Positions 18,347-28,301 of a DNA stretch of 64,000 bases are shown one piece after another. Numbering within the stretch: position 1 is the stretch's first letter; every line of letters begins with the position of its first letter. The stretch covers positions 1-64,000 of the IMG/VR virus record IMGVR_UViG_3300009181_000033; one strand, 5' to 3'. Position numbers and translations under genes: made by a program. Below the pieces are notes generated by a model. The model did no database searches and was not told the origin of the DNA. It saw nothing but the letters and a program-made list of their open reading frames with translations.

Positions 18347-20212
18347 ATGGCTGACAAAGACAATGCGGCGGTACTAAAATCCATCAGAACAAGAAATTAC
18401 CTTGCAAGGGATTTCAATAGCTTTAGAGGGGCCTTGCTAGAATATGCCAGGGAATATTACCCCGATAAAATTCAGGATTTTTCAGAATCATCAATCGGTG
18501 GATTGTTTTTGGACATGGCTGCATACATTGGCGATAACATGTCTTTTTATTTGGATCACCTATACGGTGAAATGAATGCCGACACGGTGGTGGAAACAAA
18601 GAACGCAGAAGCCATCATTAAAAATGCTGGTGTGAAAATTAACGGTGCATCTTCTTCTATGGTTTACATCGATTTTTACATTGAAGTACCAGTTGATTTA
18701 ACTCTAAAATTGGATGTTACCCTCTTGCCAACGATAAAGAGAGGCTCAGTCTTCAGCTCGGATGGAGGAATTAATTTTGTCTTGACCGAGGATGTTGATT
18801 TTTGGGAACCAGAGGATGACATCACGACAGATGCAACAATAAAATTAGCGAGAGGAATAGAGCCTGTCAATGGGAGGAGAGTTGGAGGAAGGGTTGTTTC
18901 ACAAATTCTAAAGAAGAGCGGTCTTTGTGCATCTGGCAGCGAAACGACAGAGGTTTTTTCAATTGGTGATTTCGTTCCATTTAGAAAGATAACATTATCA
19001 CCCAAGGATGTTTCGAAAATAATATCCATCACAGACAGCTATGACAATGTCTACTATGAAGTAGAAAATTTAACACACGATGTTGTATATAAAAATGTTT
19101 TAAACACCGCTGAAAAAGACGAATACGTCAAAGATTCTTTGAAATTGGTGCCTGCACCATATCGATTCACAAAGAGCATGTCTTTAAGTGACAGAAGAAC
19201 GACACTGACGTTTGGCGGTGGAAGCGCCGACACCCTTGACGACGATATAATCCCAGACCCTTCAGAATTTGCCTTGCCTTTGCCTTACTCGCAGACATTT
19301 TCAAGATTAGCAATTAATCCTGAAAAAATGTTGCAAACATCCACGTTAGGCATAGTTTCCATAAACACATCTTTGACAATAACATATCGTCACGGCGGTG
19401 GACTCTCCCATAATGTGCCACCAAATTCAATAAGAAACATAAGAAATGTTTCGATGTCATTCCCCGAAAATCCACAGCTCGGCCTGCAAGTCAAAATAAA
19501 GAATTCTCTGGAGCTTTTAAATCCCAAAGAAGCAACAGGTGGAGAAGATGCCCCAACAGTTGCCGAGATGCTCGAGCTAATTCCAATAGTAAAAAATTCA
19601 CAAGAGAGAATAGTGACAAAAGAAGATCTTCTCGCTAGAATATATTCGATGCCAAGCAACCTAGGAAGAGTATTCAGAGCTGCGGTCTCAAAAAACCCAA
19701 GCAATCCGCTGGCTGCACAAGTACATATAATTTCAAGAAGCTCTGATCTTCAATTGATTCCATCGTCAGATGCGTTGAAGAACAACTTAAAAAGGTACCT
19801 AAATTCCTACAGAATGATATCTGATTCAATGGACGTCATGGACGCCGCAATTATAAATCTCGAGGTTTATTTCTCTGTCGTTGTCGATCCGTCAATCAAT
19901 AAGTCGCTCCTCCTCCAAAACATAATATCCGATCTTCAAGATAGATTGAATATAAAAAATTTCCATATTAACCAACCACTCATAATATCTGATTTGACGG
20001 CAGTCATTTTTTCCAAGAGAGGCGTTATTTCTGTTGATGAAATAAAAGTCAGGAACATGTATGGCACTATAAAAAATCTTGAATATTCACCTTTGCCATT
20101 TGATGTTCAACTAAATACAAAAAATCAAATTATATACCCTCCAACTGGCGCCATATTTGAAGTAAAATATCCCGATATAAATATCATTGGAAAAGCGGTG
20201 ACAAATGTATAA
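18347..20212 (+). CDS. Baseplate wedge protein, T4 gp6/baseplate-J-like
   Basis: YLARDFNSFR-x2-L-x-YA-x-YYP-x4-DFSESS-x-GGLFLDMAAYIGD-x-SFYLD; ATGGED, QERIVTKEDL. Confidence 0.9.
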   Translation: MADKDNAAVLKSIRTRNYLARDFNSFRGALLEYAREYYPDKIQDFSESSIGGLFLDMAAYIGDNMSFYLDHLYGEMNADTVVETKNAEAIIKNAGVKINGASSSMVYIDFYIEVPVDLTLKLDVTLLPTIKRGSVFSSDGGINFVLTEDVDFWEPEDDITTDATIKLARGIEPVNGRRVGGRVVSQILKKSGLCASGSETTEVFSIGDFVPFRKITLSPKDVSKIISITDSYDNVYYEVENLTHDVVYKNVLNTAEKDEYVKDSLKLVPAPYRFTKSMSLSDRRTTLTFGGGSADTLDDDIIPDPSEFALPLPYSQTFSRLAINPEKMLQTSTLGIVSINTSLTITYRHGGGLSHNVPPNSIRNIRNVSMSFPENPQLGLQVKIKNSLELLNPKEATGGEDAPTVAEMLELIPIVKNSQERIVTKEDLLARIYSMPSNLGRVFRAAVSKNPSNPLAAQVHIISRSSDLQLIPSSDALKNNLKRYLNSYRMISDSMDVMDAAIINLEVYFSVVVDPSINKSLLLQNIISDLQDRLNIKNFHINQPLIISDLTAVIFSKRGVISVDEIKVRNMYGTIKNLEYSPLPFDVQLNTKNQIIYPPTGAIFEVKYPDINIIGKAVTNV

Positions 20213-21704
20213 AAAAATATCGGCAGACAAAGACACCTACATAACCAATAAATTTGTCAATTCAAAGCAAGCGATATCTTCAAATTTAGGCGCGGCCGGA
20301 ACTTTAGATCTCTACAAAATACATGGTGCGAATATTGTCAATGGCATGCCTCAAAACGAGGTGTCAAGAATCTTGATGCACTTTGACCTAGAAGGGCTAA
20401 AAAAAGATGTAAAAGAAAATAATTTAGACATTAATGATAAAAGTTTCTTTTGCAAACTTTATCTCAGAGATGTTTATGGCGGACAACCAACGCCTTCTAA
20501 TTTTACTATTGATGTTTTCCCCCTGTCTGCTTCGTTTGATGAAGGATTCGGCAAAGACGTCGTAAAATATTCAGATAGAGGATTGTCAAATTGGTTGACT
20601 GCTTCTTACGAAAAGCCCTGGGCTCTAACAGGTTCATCAAAGGGCGGTGGATCAACTGAAATTTGCGATTTTATCACTGGTTCTACCGTCTTGGCTACCA
20701 CAACTTCTTCTTGCTATTTCAAGACTGGCACAGAGGATCTAATTGTTGACGTTACAAAAATAGTGTCATCGACCATCTCAGGTGAGTTGCCCGACAGTGG
20801 ATTTAGATTATCATTTACGTCTGCTGCTGAGGAGGATAAAAAAACTTACTTTGTGAAGAGATTCGCAAGTCGACACGCATACGATGAAACAAAGCACCCG
20901 AAGCTAGCATATGGATATGATGACTCTGTTTTTGATGATACACTAAATCTATCCCTTGATAAATCTTGTAGCATAAGTCTATATAACTTTTCTCAAGGTG
21001 AAATGGCAAACATTATTTCATCTAGCACACAAATAACAGGGGAAAATTGTGTCTTGTTGAAACTCTCGACCAACAATCCATCCGGATCCTCCGGGGATTA
21101 TGCCCTATACTTTACAGGTTCGCAGAGTTCCCGTGGAGATGCATACTTGTCCGGAAGCTATTATGCAGAATTCATTGTCAACAATGACGAAACCATCCGA
21201 AAAAAATTCATAGAGTCAAGCTCTGTAAAATTTGAGGCTTCCTGGTTGTCGCTTGATTCAAAGTTGACGTATTCAAGCGGAGACCTGATTTTCTTCAACT
21301 CAAATTCATCCCAAATGTCACACAATGACAAAAAATACATTGTCAGCGTCCTTGGCCTGCAGGATTCTTATTCTGACAAAGAAGTGGCCACCTTGAGGGT
21401 AAACATATTCGATTCAACAAATCCTCTCGTGAAAATTGCAAAAATGCCAATAGAGTCACCAAATGTTGTTTTGAGAAATTCACATTACAGCATTAGAGAT
21501 GCAATTACAAATGAAATTGTTGTCCCTAAGGATGAAATAAATAACTCAACAAAATTAAGTAGTGACAATAAAGGAATGTTTTTTAAACTTTATTTATCTG
21601 CCCTTCCCATAGGAAGAACATACGTTGTAGACGTGCACACAGAGGCTTATGGAGTAAAAAAAGTCCACCAAAATGCATCTCAAATATTTAAGGTTGTAAA
21701 ATAA
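20205..21704 (+). CDS. Baseplate/tail structural protein
   Basis: 499 aa, coupled to the gp6-like gene; beta-rich, TGS/SGS-rich. Confidence 0.65.
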   Translation: MYKKISADKDTYITNKFVNSKQAISSNLGAAGTLDLYKIHGANIVNGMPQNEVSRILMHFDLEGLKKDVKENNLDINDKSFFCKLYLRDVYGGQPTPSNFTIDVFPLSASFDEGFGKDVVKYSDRGLSNWLTASYEKPWALTGSSKGGGSTEICDFITGSTVLATTTSSCYFKTGTEDLIVDVTKIVSSTISGELPDSGFRLSFTSAAEEDKKTYFVKRFASRHAYDETKHPKLAYGYDDSVFDDTLNLSLDKSCSISLYNFSQGEMANIISSSTQITGENCVLLKLSTNNPSGSSGDYALYFTGSQSSRGDAYLSGSYYAEFIVNNDETIRKKFIESSSVKFEASWLSLDSKLTYSSGDLIFFNSNSSQMSHNDKKYIVSVLGLQDSYSDKEVATLRVNIFDSTNPLVKIAKMPIESPNVVLRNSHYSIRDAITNEIVVPKDEINNSTKLSSDNKGMFFKLYLSALPIGRTYVVDVHTEAYGVKKVHQNASQIFKVVK

Positions 21705-21722
21705 GAAACGATAGGGACAAAA

Positions 21723-24700
21723 ATGGCAAGCAATTTTGGACAGGGCTATTCATCGCTATACATCAAGGAGGAACTGGAACAAAGCCTGCCGGTTCAATTA
21801 AATTACAAGGAAACCATCGTCGAAGGCGAGACAAACATAGTCGATGAAAACTCATTCAGGTATGATCCGCTCAATTATCCACTAAAAAGCACACAACAGC
21901 TGAATGTCGACTGGTCCAAATTTGAAAACCACACTTTCTTTTCCTCTGCAGAAGTTAAGGTCAATGAAGCTTTTAACACGATAATAAATGGATTTCCTTT
22001 TGATGGAACAAAAAAGGAAATGGAGGCATTTTGCGATAAACTGACCGGATTTGAAAAATATGTGTACGACAATTTTCCAACTTGGTCGGGTGCATTGCAC
22101 TTCAAAAGTAGCCAAAAAAATTATATCTCGGTGGAAGACAAGTCTGGTTTTTTGTATCCTGAAATTTCTAGAAATTCCTCGGGCACAACGATCATAAATC
22201 CAAGCGATATTGAAAAATCATTCACAATAGAAGCACAAATCTTTCTTCCAACCGTGACAAATGGTCCGCAGGTGATCATGCAGAAGAATGCGTCTTCCAC
22301 CGAAGGCTTTACCTTGTTTTTAGAAAGTTCAATTTCCACAACAACAGTCAATGCTACGTTTTGTGTCTCTTCAGGATCAGTCAGAAACAAAGTAACAACA
22401 GCCTTAGACAAAGGAAAATTTAATCACATTTGTGTTACTCTAAATAAACAAGATCAAGCGGAAGACTTTTTGCAATTTTATGTCGACGAAGACTTGAAGG
22501 CAATGAGCGATTCCAATATTAGTTTTTATAAACTAAACATCGATAACCAACCGCTCCTGATCGGTTCAGGCTCTGCGTTTTATAGCGAAAATACACTCGT
22601 AACACCCACTGCGACACTAAGTGGAACAATTGACGAATTAAGAATTTTTCATTCCACAAGGACCCCACAACAACAAACACTGTACGCGACAAGGGGAATT
22701 TATCAATCTCCCGATCTTAAATTATACTATAGATTCAATGAGCCACCGCCACCACTGTCCTTGTATTCTGATAGTGATGCAATCAATTCAATGATTTTGG
22801 ACAGCTCAGGCAATTCCCTGCACGCATCCATTGTTAATTTCACCGGCAGCCTTAGAATCAATGCAGAGACAGACGAGCTGAACCCCATAAAAAATGAAAG
22901 GCTGGATTTTAAAAAGGTTCTTTTTCCTGCTTCACTTGATGTTAGAGAATACAATGAAAAGCTGCTCGAAGAAGCAAAACTGTATGATCTAAATAATCCA
23001 AATGGAATAATAAAACTAATTCCACCACACTATCTTCTCGAAGGTGCTGCCGAAGAGGGGTTTAGCGACATAGAAGGAAATGCAGGAAACGCATATGGTG
23101 GCTCTGGCATGCCTGGTCAAGGTGAAAAGGGATCAACGCAAGTCATACTTTCATTCCTCTACATATGGTCAAAATTCTTTGACGAGATTAAGCTGTTTTT
23201 GGACGCATTCGGAACGATAAAAAACATAAATTACGAAACCGACATGTATGATACCGTGCCGGATAATTTTTTGCAAGACATGATAAAAAACAGTGGATTT
23301 TATCTTCCTACGTTTTTTAACCATTCTTCGATAAAACAATACGTCGACGGGGAAGATATTGATGCAAATAACGCAATCTTGGATGTTTCCCTAAAAAAAC
23401 TGCAAGCGAATATCATGAGGAGAGTTCTGATGGCCCTGCCCGACATCTCCAGGTCAAAAGGTACACTACACAGCATAAAATCATTCCTCAGGTCCGTCGG
23501 CATAGATCCCGATAACAGTCTAAAAATAAGGGAGTATGGTGGATCAACCACAAAAACACTAACAAATTCAAGGGAATCTCGTAACGAATTTGGTGCGCTC
23601 ATAAACTTTACAACCTCGTCGTTGGTGACCACGCCCTTCCTGACAGGATCCAGAATAGAACCCGGTTATCCAGAGCCCGCGGGTGCGTTTGTATACTCAA
23701 ACGACCAGAGAGTCGGCACGACAAATTCAAGCGATGGACTTTTGACGTCAGGCTCTTGGACAACGTCAGCGGTGTTTAAAGTACCTAAAAATGCAAATGC
23801 TGGAAGCATATCATTGTTGAGGATGTTTTCGACAGGATCTAATTCCTATTCAAAACCAGGCCTTATTTTTAACCTCATAGCAACACAAAAAGAAGACAAG
23901 GTGCCTTCAAAGATAAAGCTCTATGGAAGACCATCCCACCAAAACACCGCTCCCACGCTGAGCATGTACCTAAACCTGCCGGATGATGGAATATTTGATG
24001 GAAATAAATGGAACATATCTTTTGGTAGAAAAAGATCTGACGAAATTACTGGAGCATTACACACTTCTTCTTCTTATTACCTGAGAGCATCCAAAACCGG
24101 AGAAGGTGAGGATTCAATTTATTATTTGACTTCTTCGTTTTTTGGATACAACCAGTACGACATACTTCAACTTAAGTCTAGCAATTACAATGCATCAGGC
24201 ACATTTTTTGCCATGGGGAATCAAAAAGATTCTTCATTGCCGACATTTTCATTGTTCGGTCACCTAAATGGCACAAGTATAGACCCAGAAGCAAGAACTT
24301 TAAATTTCAATGGTCTTATTTCTAATTTCCGATTTTGGTCAAAATCAATGGACGAAAATGAATGGAAGGAACAGGTAAAAAATTATAAGTCGCTAGGAAC
24401 TAATGATCCATATGCAAATTATAACTATACAAAAACCCCTTCAGGTTCATTCAACCAAATAAGAATCGACTCCTTAGCAAAACAACCAGAGGCATATTCC
24501 GCCACAGACGGAAAAATTACCTTCCTCGATTTCAGTCAGAGAAACATGCACCTGACGGGCTCAGGATTTGGTTCAAAATCCAAGGTTTTGGTGGGGGATA
24601 GCTTTAGTTATTCCACATTGTCGCCTTCTTTCGATGAAGCCTCAACAAACGAAAAAATAAGGATTAGGAGTTACAGTGATCCAAGGCTATTGGACGAGAA

Positions 24701-25184
24701 CCCATGGGCGGTCGCGACGCCGTCTTACCTCAAAAACGGACTGTTCGCCACTGAAGAGCCACAGGACGACACAAGACTGTCAATAGAGTTTTCCTTGGTC
24801 GATGCACTCGATAGAGACATTGTCAATATGTTTTCAACGCTTGAGATATTGGGAGATGCCATCGGAGCACCAGAGTTAGCATTTTCTGTTGACTATCCGG
24901 ATTTAGAAAAACTGAGGGATGTCTATTTCAATAGATTGTCTGAAAAAATGAACTTTAAAAAATTCTTGGAGTTTTATCGATGGTTTGACATGTCAATATC
25001 GACGTTCGTCCACCAGCTAATACCAAGCAGGACGAAGTTCTATGGCACAAATTATGTCATAGAATCACACATGCTGGAGAGACACAAGTACCAGTATAAG
25101 TACGAAGAAAATTATCTAGGTGACGCAAAAACTCAGTACGATAATCAGGTGACAAACTACATAAACAGCATGAGAAAGATTTGA
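21723..25184 (+). CDS. Large baseplate/tail protein with LamG (concanavalin-like) domains
   Basis: SFTIEAQI..FNHICVT..LLIGSG..LSGTIDELRIF..LKLYYRFNE LamG signature; second LamG-like segment (FNGLISNFRFW). Confidence 0.75.
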   Translation: MASNFGQGYSSLYIKEELEQSLPVQLNYKETIVEGETNIVDENSFRYDPLNYPLKSTQQLNVDWSKFENHTFFSSAEVKVNEAFNTIINGFPFDGTKKEMEAFCDKLTGFEKYVYDNFPTWSGALHFKSSQKNYISVEDKSGFLYPEISRNSSGTTIINPSDIEKSFTIEAQIFLPTVTNGPQVIMQKNASSTEGFTLFLESSISTTTVNATFCVSSGSVRNKVTTALDKGKFNHICVTLNKQDQAEDFLQFYVDEDLKAMSDSNISFYKLNIDNQPLLIGSGSAFYSENTLVTPTATLSGTIDELRIFHSTRTPQQQTLYATRGIYQSPDLKLYYRFNEPPPPLSLYSDSDAINSMILDSSGNSLHASIVNFTGSLRINAETDELNPIKNERLDFKKVLFPASLDVREYNEKLLEEAKLYDLNNPNGIIKLIPPHYLLEGAAEEGFSDIEGNAGNAYGGSGMPGQGEKGSTQVILSFLYIWSKFFDEIKLFLDAFGTIKNINYETDMYDTVPDNFLQDMIKNSGFYLPTFFNHSSIKQYVDGEDIDANNAILDVSLKKLQANIMRRVLMALPDISRSKGTLHSIKSFLRSVGIDPDNSLKIREYGGSTTKTLTNSRESRNEFGALINFTTSSLVTTPFLTGSRIEPGYPEPAGAFVYSNDQRVGTTNSSDGLLTSGSWTTSAVFKVPKNANAGSISLLRMFSTGSNSYSKPGLIFNLIATQKEDKVPSKIKLYGRPSHQNTAPTLSMYLNLPDDGIFDGNKWNISFGRKRSDEITGALHTSSSYYLRASKTGEGEDSIYYLTSSFFGYNQYDILQLKSSNYNASGTFFAMGNQKDSSLPTFSLFGHLNGTSIDPEARTLNFNGLISNFRFWSKSMDENEWKEQVKNYKSLGTNDPYANYNYTKTPSGSFNQIRIDSLAKQPEAYSATDGKITFLDFSQRNMHLTGSGFGSKSKVLVGDSFSYSTLSPSFDEASTNEKIRIRSYSDPRLLDENPWAVATPSYLKNGLFATEEPQDDTRLSIEFSLVDALDRDIVNMFSTLEILGDAIGAPELAFSVDYPDLEKLRDVYFNRLSEKMNFKKFLEFYRWFDMSISTFVHQLIPSRTKFYGTNYVIESHMLERHKYQYKYEENYLGDAKTQYDNQVTNYINSMRKI

Positions 25185-25188
25185 AGAA

Positions 25189-26313
25189 ATGGCAGACCTA
25201 GACAAAGACGATCCTAATCAGGTTTACAGCGCACTCAAGAGCGATGGTGTCGTCTCTGCACAGCTGACAGCAAAAAATGCAAATAGCGTTCCCTATCTGC
25301 AGATAAACATCGACGAAAATTATTTTTCTTTTGATAAGCAAATTTCTCTTAAAAACAGAAGGTATTTCGTCGACTCCTTTCCTGGAAGTCAACTGTCAGG
25401 CAGCAACGTTGCCAATGGGTTGTTGGCGACGGAGAGAACCACGAAAGCTCGCCCAGTCGCCAGGGACATAAATAGGGAATACCTTTCTGGTTCAAATTCA
25501 TCCGAGGCATACAAAGCCGGTGTCGAAATTTCCTCGATTAACGATTTCTTGTCCGGTCTTGTTAAAATTTCTGCAGGAACTGCTGGTCACGTCATTCAGC
25601 CCTTGTGTTTCGGAATAGCCGAAAACGCAGTGCAAACGACTCTTAGTGAAATAATGAATTCCGACAAGGAAGAAATGGACTTGGTAGCTCGCGGCGCTTT
25701 CCACGAAATTGATCTTTTCAACCCGCTGCACTTTATCGACCTCCAGGATGGCGATAAACCAATTGATCAATTGATCACCTTCCCGATTGTCACATCCGAC
25801 AACAACCAGATTGAAAATTACATATTAAATGGAATCATAGAGCCATTCCCCATAAGGCCTGTCATCTCAAGCTTTACAATTAATTTTCCTTTTGAACCAC
25901 AGGGCGTAAAGGGGTCCTACGGAAATGGCAATTCAAACATCTGGATGGCAAATGACGAGGTCTTGAGCGTTGATTATTACAATCCAACCAAGGAAAATGT
26001 CGGTTATTTTTTGGACGAAGGAGAGCCAATCACACTAACAGGGGACTCAGGGTCTGCGACAGTAGGCATGACAATTGGATATTTTAATTCAAACCTCAAC
26101 AAGGTGGAACCGTTCGTCGACATCGTGCTGCCCCGAGGTGAAGAAAAAAGCAGTACATATTCGAGCGATCTTTCCGAAGTTGTCGATAGGATGCTGAGAC
26201 AGACAGAAGTGTACGTGAATAACAAACAGAGATCATCCACCTCTGGAATTGTGTATGATAATGCTACAAAATTAGGCACAGATTCCATAGCTTTCGGAGG
26301 AATGACTTACTAA
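25189..26313 (+). CDS. Tail-associated structural protein
   Basis: 374 aa ORF within the co-oriented tail module. Confidence 0.6.
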   Translation: MADLDKDDPNQVYSALKSDGVVSAQLTAKNANSVPYLQINIDENYFSFDKQISLKNRRYFVDSFPGSQLSGSNVANGLLATERTTKARPVARDINREYLSGSNSSEAYKAGVEISSINDFLSGLVKISAGTAGHVIQPLCFGIAENAVQTTLSEIMNSDKEEMDLVARGAFHEIDLFNPLHFIDLQDGDKPIDQLITFPIVTSDNNQIENYILNGIIEPFPIRPVISSFTINFPFEPQGVKGSYGNGNSNIWMANDEVLSVDYYNPTKENVGYFLDEGEPITLTGDSGSATVGMTIGYFNSNLNKVEPFVDIVLPRGEEKSSTYSSDLSEVVDRMLRQTEVYVNNKQRSSTSGIVYDNATKLGTDSIAFGGMTY

Positions 26314-28301
26314 TGCCCAAGAGAAAAATTTTGCCAAGAAAAGACTCCTCAAAGTACGATTCTTTGAGCTTTGGCACCTTTCCCGACAACGAAAATCTAT
26401 TTAACGATCAAAGGACGATGATCTTCACTTCTAGCATCTTGGACATGCCAACAGGTTTGCCCAAAGATTATTCGACAACATTTAGGGGCTCAGAAACATA
26501 TGGAGACCTTGTTTCTTCCAGTAGCATCTACATAACAGGGAACATAAAGTCGCCTATTTTTGATCATTTCATGAGAATTGATCCAAACTACAGTTCATCT
26601 AGTGAGCCCTTCAAGGAGGTTTCACAGTTCGAACAAGGAAAGTTCAGTGATCCATTTTATGCGACAGGGTCGGCAGGTTTTGTGGGCGATGGTAGTTTTT
26701 CAACGCCCTTGAAAGACAAGGTAAAAATCAACCTTTCTTTTCCAATCAGTCAAAAAACAACAATGCTGGCAAAGACCTCAAGCATTTATTATCTAAATAC
26801 GAAACAAAGCAGGTGGGAAATTCCACAAAATGCCACGGCGGATCACGTTGGTCCATGGGAAAAAATTTGCTATGGTGCAAACGCATGGTATTACACCTCA
26901 CCCTCCGCTCCCCGCGGTTCATTTTTTCCTGAGGACCAAATTGGATTTAATCAATATGGCCACAGCATAACTTCAGGCAGCTTAAACAAATTTAGGGGTG
27001 CTGATACCCAATTTTCTGATTGGGTAACTAGATCGACGCAGTCAGATTATCTTTTAGGGGAAACTTTTTATTCGACCCCAACTGCGAATCAATTGTATGA
27101 ATTGATGACAAAAAATAATGAAAAAACGTTAACATTGAATCAAGACTATAATGCAAATGATGAGCAGCTTTTTGAATTACCAATAAATCAGCCCTTTTTA
27201 ATAGAAAAAATTGTTTATGAAATACCAATGATGTTGGGGCAGGATTGGTTTAATGACAGCACGGTCGTGGCCAACCCCATTACTTCATCTTATGTCAATG
27301 GATCATATACCATACAGGGAGGAATATGGCCGGGTGGTATGCCTGGTGGATTAAACTCTAATTTTTATGACATGGGTGGACCAGGCATCACGGTTGCTTT
27401 ATTTTCTCAAGTCAACCAAGGAATAAAAAAAATAAGGGATTTAATAGCAAATGACGTCATTACTCACAGCAACGACGTCGATTACAACATAAATACACGA
27501 ACCCCGGCCATCCTCGCGCGCAATTTTCTTGATGGAATGGGCGGAATAGAAAAGGTGGGTGGTGTTGTAGCTTATACAAATAATTCTTTTACCGGCAGTG
27601 TTTTTATAAACAGCAAAGCCAAAATTTCAAATGGAATTACTAATCGCGCTCTCTTTGTCGGAGCCAGTTTCGATTGGGTCAATCCTTTTTACATTCAACA
27701 AGTAAACAATAAAAACCCTGGATTGACACCTGGGAGCACAGGTGAAGATCACCTAAGGTTTTTTAGAGAGATAGAAAAACTTTTGATTAAAGAGTCTAAT
27801 GTGTGCAGAGCATTTTACGACCCTGTTGGAAGATCAGGATCCGGATTTTCACCATCAGGAGGCTCTATTTTTGGAGGAGAATATGCACTTCCGCAAAATA
27901 GTGTTTTTTCAAGCGGATATTTGACTAACCCCGTCAGTGAAATGGCAGACGAAGATTTTGAAAAATTGATTACAGGCTATAAAAGTCAAATATATTACTT
28001 TTTAGGACTACAAGACTTACAATTTTGGATGCCAACATTTGAAAGAACCGAAAGAATTTCCCCCTACCTCGTTCAGCCCGGCCAAAAACTCCTAATTTCA
28101 ATTTCAAAAACAAGACCGGCTTATAAGGGTGCAAATGTACAAACAACTCCAACGGATATATTGGTTGGTAGAGTTAAGCTTATGGCTGAAGAATACGAAT
28201 ATGTGTCAAGAGCTGGTCATGATGTTCAATTAAATACCGGTTCAATCAACATAACAATCTATGGTTCTTATGTCAAGAATGGGAGTTCTTATATACCATG
28301 A
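26313..28301 (+). CDS. Tail-associated structural protein
   Basis: 662 aa ORF, translationally coupled, G/S/T-rich. Confidence 0.6.
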   Translation: MPKRKILPRKDSSKYDSLSFGTFPDNENLFNDQRTMIFTSSILDMPTGLPKDYSTTFRGSETYGDLVSSSSIYITGNIKSPIFDHFMRIDPNYSSSSEPFKEVSQFEQGKFSDPFYATGSAGFVGDGSFSTPLKDKVKINLSFPISQKTTMLAKTSSIYYLNTKQSRWEIPQNATADHVGPWEKICYGANAWYYTSPSAPRGSFFPEDQIGFNQYGHSITSGSLNKFRGADTQFSDWVTRSTQSDYLLGETFYSTPTANQLYELMTKNNEKTLTLNQDYNANDEQLFELPINQPFLIEKIVYEIPMMLGQDWFNDSTVVANPITSSYVNGSYTIQGGIWPGGMPGGLNSNFYDMGGPGITVALFSQVNQGIKKIRDLIANDVITHSNDVDYNINTRTPAILARNFLDGMGGIEKVGGVVAYTNNSFTGSVFINSKAKISNGITNRALFVGASFDWVNPFYIQQVNNKNPGLTPGSTGEDHLRFFREIEKLLIKESNVCRAFYDPVGRSGSGFSPSGGSIFGGEYALPQNSVFSSGYLTNPVSEMADEDFEKLITGYKSQIYYFLGLQDLQFWMPTFERTERISPYLVQPGQKLLISISKTRPAYKGANVQTTPTDILVGRVKLMAEEYEYVSRAGHDVQLNTGSINITIYGSYVKNGSSYIP